Positions 51,445-63,430 of a stretch of 64,000 bases of DNA are shown one piece after another (within the stretch, counting starts at the first letter, position 1; each line of letters opens with the position of its first letter). This DNA is from Octopus sinensis. Lineage: Eukaryota. The notes below the pieces were generated by a model. It ran no database searches, had not been told where the DNA came from, and worked only from the letters and a program-made list of their open reading frames with translations. The DNA lies in assembly GCF_006345805.1 (NCBI RefSeq), contig NC_043006.1:31558001-31622000 (forward strand). Reading direction: 5' to 3'. A program made the position numbers and the translations under genes.

Positions 51445-52710
51445 TATTTATTACAACATGTGAGTGAGAACACTTTGAGATATTTTTGGTATCTAACATA
51501 TGTCAGATACTGCGAGCGCTGCTTCTGATTGGTCAATCCATGGTGATGACCCGAGGTCACGGTGACGGCACTACTTTTGTCATTATAAGTTACAAGTAAC
51601 TTCATTCATTACTTTCACGAGCAGGTAGAATGTAGCCATATAATTAAACAAAAACATACTATATTTTTTTTACCAGATATCACTTAAAGTCATATACACA
51701 TAAAATATAAACATTTCTGGTGGTAATTCAATTTTTTGTTGCCAAAAAAATCACAACATATTTCGTCTGCTCGTGATACTCTTGCAGTGGCAGGTAGATC
51801 TATCAACAAGATGGCTACTGTTGTCGTATTAAGGTGAATGATTTTGTTAAGATGATGGTAAAGATGGGGGAAGAGTGTTATCCGTTGTTCAACCTCTTGG
51901 AACTACAGAATGTTCAAAGTGAAGATCAATACTGCCCCAAGTTCGACATGTTGCTGGATACAGGTTAACAAAGGTACTGAGACAGTGTCATCGACGAGTG
52001 GATTGTCATCGAACCCTAGATCTAACATCCCTGATGAGGTGTACAACGAACTTCTACTTGACGATTTCTTTGATGAGAGCATAGAACTTGAATTTCAACC
52101 GAGATGATCATTCTGGAATAGACAAATTCGTTCAAGGTAATCAAAATAAAAACACTCTTCGGAAAACAAACTATGATGTTAAACGATTGTTTGCTTTCAT
52201 GGCGACAAATGGCGACACGCGTCCAATTGAATCTATCGACAAAAGTGAACTTTGTGACATTCTGTGTACTTTCTTTATCTCGTTACGAAAGCCGGACGGT
52301 AGCAACTATGAACCTTCATCTTTGAGGGGAATGTTATCCAGTATTGAAAGATATCTGAAGTCAAAACACTACTCGACGTCACTCGTGAACTTGAATGTTA
52401 ACAAAATGTTAAACAGTCATCAGTTATCAGTCATTTCACCTGAAAACTTAGCGCTATAAAGTCGGACTATCTTCCTGGGGCATGACATCTTTTACAGTTA
52501 CACATTGTGACGTCACTGACGTGAAAACAAGCTGTATTCATGCGCGCTTCAACACGATGTGAAGAATTTAGTTATTGGGTTAATAAAATATGGTCGTTTA
52601 TTCGTGTGTAATAAATAAAATACCAAACTCATTCCCTATGGATACCGTATTTATTACAACTCGTGGCTTGTAATAAATACGGTATCCATAGGGAACTCGT
52701 TTGGTATTCT
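51445..52710 (+). mobile_element. Crypton-like (tyrosine-recombinase class) element, internally deleted
   Basis: Carries a Crypton/DUF3504-associated N-terminal ORF. No TIR or TSD. The 13-bp direct repeat tatttattacaac occurs at 51445 and 52648. Palindrome 51489-51510; hairpin with 41-bp arms at 52619-52708. Confidence 0.7.
51910..52459 (+). pseudogene. Crypton/DUF3504-type recombinase N-terminal (core-binding) fragment, frameshifted near 52100
   Basis: NKNTLRKT..DVKRLFAF...RPIESI...ELCDILCTFFISLRKPDGSNYEPSSLRGMLSSIERYL resembles the Crypton-derived domain of KCTD1/ZMYM/QRICH1-type proteins. No catalytic R-K-H-R-H-Y region is present. Confidence 0.75.
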
Positions 52711-52882
52711 ATATATATATATATATAATGGATAATAAAACGAACGGTTTACAGCTGGTAGCTTACTGGTAAAGCACGGTCACTTTCAGAGTGATCGTTA
52801 GATATATAACAAATGAAAGACGGTGCTAGATGTTGTGATTAATATATTCTCGCATATTTCTTTGTTCTGTCTTTCATTTGTT

Positions 52883-52961
<79 letters not shown>

Positions 52962-52969
52962 TGTATGTA

Positions 52970-53002
<33 letters not shown>

Positions 53003-53027
53003 TGTGTGTGTGTGTGTGTGTAGGTAC

Positions 53028-53316
53028 AATGGCCCAGTAGTTGGGGCAGCGAACTCGCGGTTGTAGGATCGTGGTTTCGATTCCCAGACCGGGCGTTGTG
53101 AGCGTTTATTGAGCGAAAACACCTGAAGCTCCACGAGTCTCCAGCAGGGGGTCGTGGCGATCCCTGCAGTACTCTTTCACCACAACTTTCTCTCACTCTT
53201 TCTTCTGTTGCCCCGCTCGCTTAGCCAGCGGGTTAGCGTCATTTGAAAGCTAAAACAATGCGAAGCGCATTGTGACCAGCGATGTGTAGCAACATCTGAT
53301 AGCCTGGTCGGTCACG

Positions 53317-53320
<4 letters not shown>
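53028..53320 (+). mobile_element. tRNA-derived SINE, body Y plus tail T2
   Basis: Head and body closely match the 10175-10360 copy up to ...ctctttcttctgttg (53210), then an unrelated tail ending ggtcggtcacggtga. Confidence 0.85.
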
Positions 53321-53348
<28 letters not shown>

Positions 53349-53365
53349 ACGAACTATATATATAT

Positions 53366-53400
<35 letters not shown>

Positions 53401-53439
53401 CATATATACACACACATACATACAAAGGGTATCTTGTGT

Positions 53440-53580
53440 AGGTCTTCATCGGAAAGACTTGAAAAAATATAGAAAAATGGGAAAGAAGTACAGTGAACTT
53501 GATGTGAGGAGTGGAATAACCAACGTTTCGGATGCAGTCCTTCGTCAGGCGGAAGAGAAAAAGTGAAGCTGAAGAAAGGC
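53440..53580 (-). mobile_element. PLE tail with two hammerhead-like cores
   Basis: Minus CUGACGA-A-GGA-cugca-UCC-GAAA-CG-UU (53548-53522), plus a truncated second core ccgatgaagacc near 53450. Confidence 0.6.
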
Positions 53581-53608
53581 AAACAAAATTTTATATCCTC
53601 TCAGCTTG

Positions 53609-53647
<39 letters not shown>

Positions 53648-53699
53648 CTCTCCTTTATGGGACACCCTGGTAAGGCTTCCCACACTAAACAGATCAAAG

Positions 53700-54000
53700 A
53701 AGCTATACTAATAAGGACCTCTTCTTCTCAGAGGCAAAAATACGTGTGCGTAGATCGAACTCCGCTACCCATGGAAAGGCTGGCATATGGAAGACTTGGG
53801 AAAGGAAAGCCTTCCTTCAAGGAAACATGAACTCCCAAGGGGGACAGGAGTGGACACCCTAAGAATAATTGTGGGGCCAGATACAGAGGCAGGGCTGAAA
53901 AAGCAAGGATCCGACTGTAGAGAAGCAGAACCAGTTGAGAAGAACAGTGAAGAAAAGCTGTCAGTGGCTCCATAGGGAGAGAAGGGATTAAGTAAGTGAT
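53700..54000 (+). mobile_element. Possible RTE/RTE-X LINE 3' remnant
   Basis: Decayed NSQG...GHPKNN...TEAGLKKQG-like segment ending in a ttaagtaagt tail. Confidence 0.4.
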
Positions 54001-54657
54001 AAGGAAGGGATTTGAAGGAGATTTGGTTGCTATATTTAGTAAGTCGAGTAATCACTTAAACGTTTCTCTCGATTCGGTTTCTTGCTGTTGCTTTGTTTTG
54101 TTTTTAAAATTGTTTAAAGATTGTTGTTGTTGTTGTTGCTGTTATGTTTTCTTCTTGTTTCAACTATTATTACCTTCACTGCTGTTGCTATCATCGTTCA
54201 TCTTGTTATTGTTGCATCTGCAGCTTGTGTTGCTCTATCCTCCTTACCTCCTCCTCCTCCTCCCACTACTACTACTACTAATACTACTTCTCATTTCTTT
54301 CCTCTCTTTCTTTTCTTCGCTTACATCTGCCCCCCCCCCACCTTCTCTCTATTCCCCATCATCCTTCTGTTTGTTTTTTGTCTCCAGTTAATGGCGCTAC
54401 TGTTTTTCTAGCTGCTCTTATTTGCTTATGTTGCTCTTGTTGTTACTGTCTTACTGTTGCTGTTTATTATTCATGTATTGTTGTTGTTGTTGTTGTTGCT
54501 GTTGTTGTTGTTGTTCTTCTTCTTCTTCTTCTTCTTCTTCTCAGAATCGGTGGAGTGCACGTAGTTCCGATTTGCCGATGTCGGTAGAGCATTGGAGAAG
54601 TTGAAAACAAAAAAAAATTGCTCCGTCTTTGGTTACGTCTCTTTGCATTCTAACAAA

Positions 54658-54785
54658 GGCGTAGAGGGTAAGGGTGTTGCACTCGTGATCTCGAAGTCGT
54701 GGTTTCGGTCCCGGAACGGGCGGTGCATTGTGACCTTGAGCAAAACACTTCATTTCACGTTGCCCCAAGCCACTCAACTGTGAAC
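54658..54785 (+). mobile_element. SINE family C head and body, partial
   Basis: ggtttcggtccc...gtgaccttgagcaaaacacttcatttcacgttgc. Confidence 0.65.
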
Positions 54786-55057
54786 AACCTTTCGGTAGAC
54801 TGGGAGAATGCTGGGATCTCAGTGCCTTACACGCCATGGAAACCTGCCTTGTGGATTTCTAGGGTTCGAGAGATTGCTTGCTTTTTACTTGGCATTCTGA
54901 GTTCAAATCTCACCGAAGTCGGCTTTACTCCGCATTTTACCTTAATTAAGAAGCCATTTGTCAATTTAACCAACATCTTTCTAAATAGAAACTCAGCATT
55001 AATAACTACCACACAAACCGGATTATAAGACGACTTTTTAACCCCCACCAACTAAAA

Positions 55058-55285
55058 CCGGCACTCCGTCAATATGACGACGAGGGTTCCAACTGATCCA
55101 ATCGACGGAACAGCCTCCTCGTGAGATCCAAGTGCAAGCGGCTGAGCACTCCACAGACACATGTACCATTAACGCAGCTCTCAGGGAGATTCAACGTGAC
55201 ACAGAATGTGACAAGCTGGCCCCTTTTGAATAACAGGTACAACTCATTTTTGCCAGCTGAGTAGACTGGAACAATGAGAAATAAA
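55058..55285 (-). mobile_element. SINE family C 3' part (tail T1)
   Basis: ggcactccgtc...gacgacgagggttcca...caggtacaactcatttttgccagctgag. Confidence 0.8.
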
Positions 55286-55629
55286 TTCCCCTCCCATGTA
55301 CTTCATAACAAAGATTTTTTTCGTTTTCCTTCCTTTCTTGTCTACCGTTTATATATTTGATTTTGTTTTATTTGTTATATATGTTTCATTTTGTTTGTTA
55401 TGGACATTTAACAATAAAGGCAAACATAGCAATACCTCATTCCCTAACTGAAGAGTACAAATAACAACATGTCTGCCCAAACGCAAGATCTTTAGCGAGG
55501 CACCACTTTATGTATGACTGTACCTGATGTGACCCAGGCTGCAAAATGGATGCAACATAGTATGATGTATGATGCACCGCATCCCACCCAAAAAGGACAG
55601 TCGCTGGATGGGTCGAAATGATCACCGTA

Positions 55630-56098
55630 CAAAATAAAGTGTTACACCAATTCCATCATCTGTTTACTTAATTGATTATTTTCTCAACTAAAATTGCGGA
55701 ATTCCTGAAGTATTGGATTGAGGAATAGTTCATGAGCGTTTTATTCAAATTTAAACATACACGCAGAAATAAAACGCACTGGCAAAATATTTTATCTTCC
55801 TTAAAAGAGAATTTTTGCACTACTTGATTGTGTGTTTTGACCTTTAAATCTTATTGACTTTTGTGTATTTTCAGATCATTAAAATGGAGTGGCAAGTGGA
55901 CAAAACTGTGCATTTTTGCATTTAATAGAGGTCTTAAGGTCGCCGAAGCTGTTCGTGAGATTTTTACTGTGCACGGAGAAGGAGCAATGCCTCAAAGAAC
56001 CGCTCGCCGTTGGTTTTCACTCTTCAAATCTGAGAATTTTGACCTCAAGGACGGACTACACACCGGTCGACCAATCGAGTTTGATGAAGAACGATTGA
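55630..56098 (+). pseudogene. Mariner transposase 5' fragment
   Basis: FAFNRGLKVAEAVREI..VHGEGAMPQRTARRWFSLFKSENFDLKD..HTGRPIEFDEERL (HTH plus GRP linker); truncated at a microsatellite. Confidence 0.85.
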
Positions 56099-56124
56099 TG
56101 CATGTGTGTATGTATGTATGTATG

Positions 56125-56293
56125 TATACGACGGGCTTCTTTCAGTTTCCGTCTACCATATCCACTCAGAATGTTTTGGTTGTCCAGAGCCTATAGTAGA
56201 AAACATTTGCCCAAGATGCCACGCTATGGGACTGTACCCGGTACCATGTGATTAGGAAGGAAACTTTTTTACCACAGTGCCATGCCTGCGCCT
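56125..56293 (-). mobile_element. SINE family B 5' half
   Basis: tatacgacgggcttctttcagtttccgtctacc...gcctgcgcct. Confidence 0.85.
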
Positions 56294-57167
56294 ATGCACG
56301 TAATGCACAATCATGCAAACATACCTTGAACACACACTTACACATCCCCCCCACACACACACACTACACATGCACTCGCACAGACAAAAGAGACATATAA
56401 ATACATAAAATAGACACCTTCATGAAATGCACACACACACACACACAAAATACACAGAGAAACGGAATAGAAACAAAGAATCCTTCAAGACAAACCTAAT
56501 GACTAACACTAACAAATAAAAGCAACCGTTGACGTAGACCGGAAAACAGTTGGATATTCCGCTGGGAATAGCAAGATTTCCGGTTCAAATAGTAGTGGCG
56601 CTCATCACTGTATTGTTGTAAGCATCATGTGTGTGGTAGGTACAATAATTACAGACTGGCACCTGGAATTCTTCAAATTAGATTTGGATTGGACTTTCTT
56701 TTATTTATTTATTTATCTATTTATTTATTTATTTATTTTTAGACGACCTTTATAGTTCGCTTGAAGCATTATAGTGCAGAGGTAGAAAATGAACGAAATG
56801 AGAAATAAGGAAATCTGACAATGCAGAAAGTTTTTTTTTTTTAATGCTTTTATATTTCGGGCGTATGTCTTTACAAGAAGCGACTGTATTCTGAAGCCAA
56901 GCCTTTGCGTCCGAAATATAAGAGTTCTTTAAACTAACTGCATTGTTGGAAGCTTTCCTTAGTTCTTATTTCATTTATTATTCTACTTATTTATTTTTGT
57001 TACATTCCCACTAGTCTATCCTGATGTGTCGTCTAGTTTGATCTAACGGAATCGATCAAATCGGTAGCGTGTTGGAACAAATGGCTGAGTTCAAATCCCG
57101 CCGGATCAGTTTTGATCCTCGTTCTATAGAGGTGAATAAAATAAAGTATTAGTGAAATACAGTGATA

Positions 57168-57385
57168 GGCTGCAAGCTGGCAGACTCATTAGTACGTCAG
57201 ACAAAATGCTAAGTGGTATTTCTACTGACTCCTAAAGTTCTGAGTTCAAATCCTGCCAAAGTTAACTTCGCTTTTCGTCACTTTGAGATCGCAAAAAAAA
57301 AAAAAAAGAATAATAAAATACTATTGTAATACTGGAGTTGATATTATTGACTTGTCTCCTCCCCTCAAATAATGCTGGCCTTGAG
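57168..57385 (+). mobile_element. SINE family A, diverged
   Basis: gcaagctggcagactcattagtacg...gagttcaaatcctgcc...ctcccctcaaat...gctggcctt. Confidence 0.7.
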
Positions 57386-58499
57386 TTCTGCAACGGACCG
57401 GAATCCCGTTAAGGGGCAAGCTATAATCTCGGTCACTTATGCGACGGAGACCAGGTAATCGGCCTTGTGAGAAGCAAAATATAGATAGGTTTAATCGATC
57501 ACAGCCCTTTACCCAAAAGTATAGCGCTGTGCTGGTATTATAAATCCCCAATATTGATAAATTTCAAATCCTACCTGAGCCGATTTTGCTTTTCATCAAC
57601 CCAGAGTGAATAAAATAAACCAGCATCCAATAAGTGGGGTTAAGACTCTCCCACAACTTTTCTAACCTTGCGTCTGTATTAGTAAATCCTATTATTGCTT
57701 TATTGACAGAAGCGACAGAGCAATGGACAAGGTGCCTTACAGAGTTGCGATAAATCTCCTTACGTCCTTCCATCCATCTTCTCCACCCAAAATTCCTAGA
57801 AGGATTGTGGTAGTCGTGTCCTTAGGTACCTCCTTATATAGGGTCTCATCAACAACAACCATTACACTTTCTGGCTTGATTCTCCCTTGTGACCAATTGA
57901 GACAATGGATATTATCCGTCCACCTCTATGTCTCTTGCCAGTTGACTCGGCTTGATGAATCCATCTTGCGATTTTTCTCCGACATTCCAATTTCAAGTCC
58001 GTAATACCGGGGCTGTAACCTCTCAATGCAGAGAAGTAACGGCTGCTGCGTCTGCTGTTGCTGCGGTTGCGGCGGCTATTGCATCAACAAAAGGAACATC
58101 AATGAGAAAAGTTAAGGAGCGCGAAGAAACGGTAGCTTATTGATCGTGTTGGAAACCAAAGAACAGCCAGTAAGTCTCCTAAAGAGTGACTAACTAATCT
58201 TCATACCAACCACCCTTATCCGGAGAATGGTGAAAGTGAAAGTGGTCGATGTGTTACCATCTGCTGGTTTGTGGAGGTTGTGTTTCTAAATACAAAAGAC
58301 AAGCCAACAATATTACAAGTCTGCAGGCTGTGAAAGGAAAATTGGTCAGGTGCGTATGAGGAACTGTAGATAAAAAAAAAGTACGGAAGCCATTGTTGAC
58401 CTAACAAACTTGCCAAGTGGCTTGCAAGTGATTTTTTGCAGTTGAAAGCAAAGAGCTAAGGTGTCACTCATGTGGTAACACAAACCACCTAAGGTGTCG

Positions 58500-58870
58500 A
58501 CAATGATCAACTGGTTGGTCTGTTTTGGAGAACTTTTGACCTAGAAACTATAGATAACTTCAAAAAATCTTTGACCTGACATTGCTACCGAGAAGCACCG
58601 TTTCAGATAAACTCTGCTGAATCATCTGGCAGGTCTATTCCGAGCTTTCAGTCCAGAGAGTATGGAAATTGCTACCAGGAAATTGTTGGTTCGAGATAAA
58701 CTGTACAGGCACAGAAGTACCATCAGCCGGGTCTGTAGGAGAAGCACGTAGAGCGACGAAACTGTACTGCACCCATTCAGGATCTCCTTGGGTTGTTGGA
58801 TATTTCAGGTCTGCCAGCAATGAGAAACACCCAATGATCTCAGACCATAAATGGAGGTTTAAGATTTACG
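58500..58870 (+). mobile_element. L1/Tx1-clade ORF2 C-terminal remnant
   Basis: KSLT*HCYREA and VRDKLYRHRSTISRVCRRST*SDETVLHPF (decayed zinc-knuckle region). Confidence 0.55.
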
Positions 58871-59816
58871 ATAGCTGTTTCGGTAGAATTTTATTGATGT
58901 ATTCATAGATTACATCATAGCATAAAATCCATTATTTTCAGATACAGTTTTAAACAGGTATAAATAGGTGAGATAATACCTTGATGATAACGAACATATT
59001 TCAACAAAAATAAACCCATTTGTGTTATTTTTATACGTACGCTGCACCTAGAGCCAACTCTGAGTCAGCCGACGGTTTATTTTGGATTTGGTACTTACAT
59101 GTCTACAGTATCCTACCAACACCTCATATCTTCATGGTTATTTCACCTCACTGTGAACATATATCATTGTCCCTACCCATTTCTGGCGTCCTACGTTTTG
59201 ATGTGCCTAGATTCTATTGAATTCTATAAGTAATCTTTATACCCCTCCACCACCACCACCACCACTACAACATCAAAACCACTTCTACAGAGCCATTACA
59301 GAAAGTGGGGGTGGACGAGAGAGGGAGAGAAAAAGAAAAACACATAAATACGCACTGACACAACACATATATACATATACACACGTATACAGGTAATATA
59401 TATTTCTATACACACACACATATATATATGCACACATACATAAATGCATATATAAATAGATGTGTGCATATCCGAGTGCGTATGTGTATTTGTGCGTGTG
59501 TGAGTACCTGTTTGCGTATGCGTGTACGTGTGTGTATGTCTATCCTTTCAGTATAGTGTATGTTTTCTTTAAATGATGAACATATACCTTTTTGTGGGTG
59601 GTTGGCCCTCTTGTAGGTGTATTTCCGCGTGCTCAGCGTGTGTTTATATATCTCAGGGTATGTATATTAATGTGTGTGCCAATGTATATGCCTCTGTATA
59701 TGCATATATATGTGTGAGTATGTGTGTGTGCATATATATATATATGTGTATGTATGTATGTATGTATGTATGTATGTATGTATGTATGTATGTACATACA
59801 TATATACACGTATATA

Positions 59817-59855
<39 letters not shown>

Positions 59856-59886
59856 ATATATATATATACACGTATGTATGTAAATG

Positions 59887-59921
<35 letters not shown>

Positions 59922-60030
59922 TATGTATGCGTGTGTGTGTGTTTCTGTATATACATATATATATGTTTCTGCATATGCATGTGTGTGTGTGTGTGTGTGT
60001 GTGCGTGTGTGTGTGTATGTGTGTGCGTGC

Positions 60031-60092
<62 letters not shown>

Positions 60093-60420
60093 GTTGTTAT
60101 TACACACATCTCCAGCTGGCAACGGGGAGGAAAACAAATAAGCGTGTTATTATTAAAGTAGTTTTAATGAAACAGAATTAATTGATTCGTTAGAGGTCTT
60201 CTATAAATATACGGCTACGATGCAGCTTTTATGTACGTGTGTCTGTGGGGGTGTGGATGGGTGGGCGGGTGTGGGTACGTGCTCGCGCGTGCGTAGCGTG
60301 TGTGTACGTCTGTGCATAAAGATACATACATTTACATCTACATACATACATATATACACGTTTATTTGTATACTTATATGTATGTACACTCACATATACG
60401 TATGGTATGTATACATATAT

Positions 60421-60644
60421 GTCTTTACTGCCCACAAGGGGCTAAACATAGAAGGGACAAACAAGGACAAAGGGATTAAGTCGATTACATCGATCCCAGT
60501 GCGAAAGTGGTACTTTATTTATCGACCCCGAAAGGAAGAAAGGCAAAGCCGACCTTGGCGGAATTTGAACTCAGAACGTGACGACAGACGAAATACCGCT
60601 AAGCATTTCGCCCGGCGCGCTAACGTTTCTGCCAGCTCGCCACC
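60421..60644 (-). mobile_element. SINE family A, full length, young-looking
   Basis: Close match to the 16421 and 37103 copies over the whole length. Confidence 0.92.
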
Positions 60645-60802
60645 GATGATATGTATACATATATATGTGTGTGTGAGTGTGTGTGCGTTTGTGTGTGTGT
60701 GTACGTGTGTGTATATAAAGATGCATTATATATATACATATGTATATATATATTGTAATATATATATATATATATATATACTTATATTATAGATATATAT
60801 AA

Positions 60803-60838
<36 letters not shown>

Positions 60839-60853
60839 ATATATATATTTATA

Positions 60854-60892
<39 letters not shown>

Positions 60893-60932
60893 TATATATA
60901 ACTATATATAATATATAAATATATATATATAT

Positions 60933-61013
<81 letters not shown>

Positions 61014-61036
61014 ATATATAGTATATATATATATAT

Positions 61037-61248
61037 GTGACCTCGTGAGCACCGCCAGCGATTTTTTTTCCTCTTTCTTTCCTTCTCGGGATTTTCCTTC
61101 TCCTAAGTTTCCGACGAAGAGCTCCGCTCGAAACGTTAAACCCTCCTGCTTCCCTTCTTTCCTGAGCGTCCAATAATACCTTATTTGTTCCACGTCCTCG
61201 CGTTGCTGTGTTTTTTTTTTGTGTTTTCTTGTTTGGATTAACTTTATA
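61037..61248 (+). mobile_element. PLE tail repeat, family P4
   Basis: Lies between (TA)n arrays; hammerhead-like core followed by a T-rich tail. Confidence 0.65.
61107..61141 (+). ncRNA. Minimal type I hammerhead-ribozyme-like motif (PLE type)
   Basis: GUUU-CCGACGA-A-GAG-cuccg-CUC-GAAA-CG-UU-AAAC: stem I GUUU/AAAC, stem II GAG/CUC, palindromic AACGUU stem III. U4>C deviation in the core. Confidence 0.55.
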
Positions 61249-61270
61249 TACATATATATATATATATATA

Positions 61271-61460
61271 TTCTTTTATTCTTTCACTGGTTTCAGTCAT
61301 TTGACTGCCGCCATCTGGAGCACCGCCGTGAAGGGTTTTAGTCAAACAAATTGACCCCCAGGATTTATTTCTTTAAATCCTAGTACATATTCTATCGGTC
61401 TCTTTGCCGAATCGCTAAGTTACGAGGACATAAACACAAACATAGGCACAAAGGCAAACA
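61271..61460 (-). mobile_element. SINE family B 3' half (split by the maT insertion)
   Basis: ttcagtcatttgactgccgccatctggagcaccgcc...ctaagttacgaggacataaacac. Confidence 0.85.
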
Positions 61461-61462
61461 CA

Positions 61463-61493
<31 letters not shown>

Positions 61494-61538
61494 CACGCAG
61501 ATATATTATATATATATATATATATACATACATACATA

Positions 61539-62511
61539 CAGGATGCGTAAGGTATTTGAGGACAGCATTTTTTGCTAACTCTGTATAATCTTTTTTTCAG
61601 AAAATAATAATGGAAGACCCTCAGCTTACTCAAGAAATGAAGAGGCATGCTGTTATTGTGCTTATAAAGGCTGAGCATAGGGATTTAGAAAATCTCGAAG
61701 TTGCCAGATCTTTCGTCTACAAGGTTTGTAAGGAGCTAGAGACTGAAGATGGAAACGTATTACCAATATCAAAGCATAAAAAAACATTCTAAACGCTCTG
61801 AAATCATCGGAACACCTGAATTTATTCGACCAAGATGAAAAAGTTAAGAGAAGACATGACAGATGGTTATGTGCAGATCCTTCTGAAGTTCCAAGTGTTA
61901 AGCTTTCAAAATGTCCTGCAACTTTAATGATTTTAGGGGTTGTCAGCAATGAAAGACATCTGACGCCTCCTTACCTCTTTCCACCAGGCCTTAGAGTTAA
62001 CTCTGCCACCTACAGTGAGGTCTTGAAAATAATTGTTAAGCCTCTGATAGACAGTGTATGCAATGGAAGGCCGTATGTGTTTCAGTAAGACTCTGCACTA
62101 TTACACTTGGCTCTAGGAACAAAGGAATAGATGGCTGAAAATTTTCATGATCACAAAACCCCTAACATTTGGTCTCCTAATTCCCCAGATCTCAATCCAT
62201 TGGACTATTACATGTGGAGCGTAGTTGAGAGAGCGGTCAATGAACACGCACATAATACCAACGATTCCTTGAAAGCTGCCATAGTCAGAGTAATGTCCAA
62301 AATGAACCACGACCACTTGATTCAAGTATGTAGATGATTTAGATCTCATACAGAAGTAGTTGTTGAAGCTGAAGGTGGCATGATTGAATAACATTACAGA
62401 AAAGGGGGTTTTTTTATCCTCATAGCATTTTTTGATAAATAAAGCTATTATGTTATAATATATCTGCTTTTCATAAACATAAATATGTTCTCAAATATCT
62501 TACGCACCCTG
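61539..62511 (+). mobile_element. DD37D/maT transposon, internally deleted, with both TIRs and TA TSD
   Basis: TIRs caggatgcgtaaggtatttgagga and ttctcaaatatcttacgcaccctg; TA at 61537-61538 and 62512-62513. RPYVFQ*DSA to WSPNSPDLNPLDYY gives exactly 37 residues between the two D. The first catalytic D region is deleted. Confidence 0.93.
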
Positions 62512-62673
62512 TACGAGGGGCTTCTTTCAGTATCCGTCTACAAAAATTCACTCACAAGGCTTTGGTTAGCTCGAGTCTATAGTAAGAAGACATTTGCCAA
62601 GGTGTCACGCAGTGGGACTGAACCCGGAACTATGTGGTTGGGAAGCAACCTTCTCGCCACACAGCCATGCCTG
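62512..62673 (-). mobile_element. SINE family B 5' half (split by the maT insertion)
   Basis: tacgaggggcttctttcagtatccgtctac...ccacacagccatgcctg. Confidence 0.85.
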
Positions 62674-62861
62674 AACTTACATGTATATAGCAGAAGCGAC
62701 AGAGTGACTCAAGGGCCGAGAGTTTCGTTCGATGGCACTTGTTAAACTTCCGAACATTATATTAATGAAAAAATAGACATATAATCATACTTCAATTTCT
62801 ATTTTTCTTATCTGCATCCCCATACCTACACACACACACACACACACACATATATTGGATA

Positions 62862-62895
<34 letters not shown>

Positions 62896-63231
62896 GCACA
62901 TATAGTGTATCTTGTTAATCCACAAAGATATACGACTGCTCTGATAAGCTTGGAGCCTCATCGTCCAGTCTGCTTCGTAGGCATTAATGCTCTGAAACAT
63001 AATGTAATAAAGTATTCTCTGGTGATCTGTTGTGGTTATGCAACCAATTACCCTTGGATCATCTAATGACAGTGGCCCAAATAACCACAACGGTGAAATG
63101 TGCGTAGGAACAAGTGATATAAACTTGTGTTGATTATAATTTCTCATATATACATATAGATGGAGAGATAGAAAGATAACGCACACACACGCACGAATGC
63201 ACACGAAAACACACATACACATTTACGTATC

Positions 63232-63266
<35 letters not shown>

Positions 63267-63311
63267 TATATATATATATATATATAGTATATATATATAT
63301 ATATATATATA

Positions 63312-63353
<42 letters not shown>

Positions 63354-63430
63354 TATATTATATATATATAATATATATATAAAAATTATTAAGGTGTCTA
63401 TTTGCAATTTACAACCGAAAGGCAACAATA

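Noticed and set aside
57952-58143. Ala-rich ORF (VTAAASAVAAVAAAIAS)
   Set aside because: Short GCT/GCG low-complexity run next to a Tx1 remnant; no splice or domain support.
16421-60644. tRNA-like sequences with A and B boxes
   Set aside because: These are SINE heads fused to non-tRNA bodies and diverged between copies; no complete cloverleaf is supportable.
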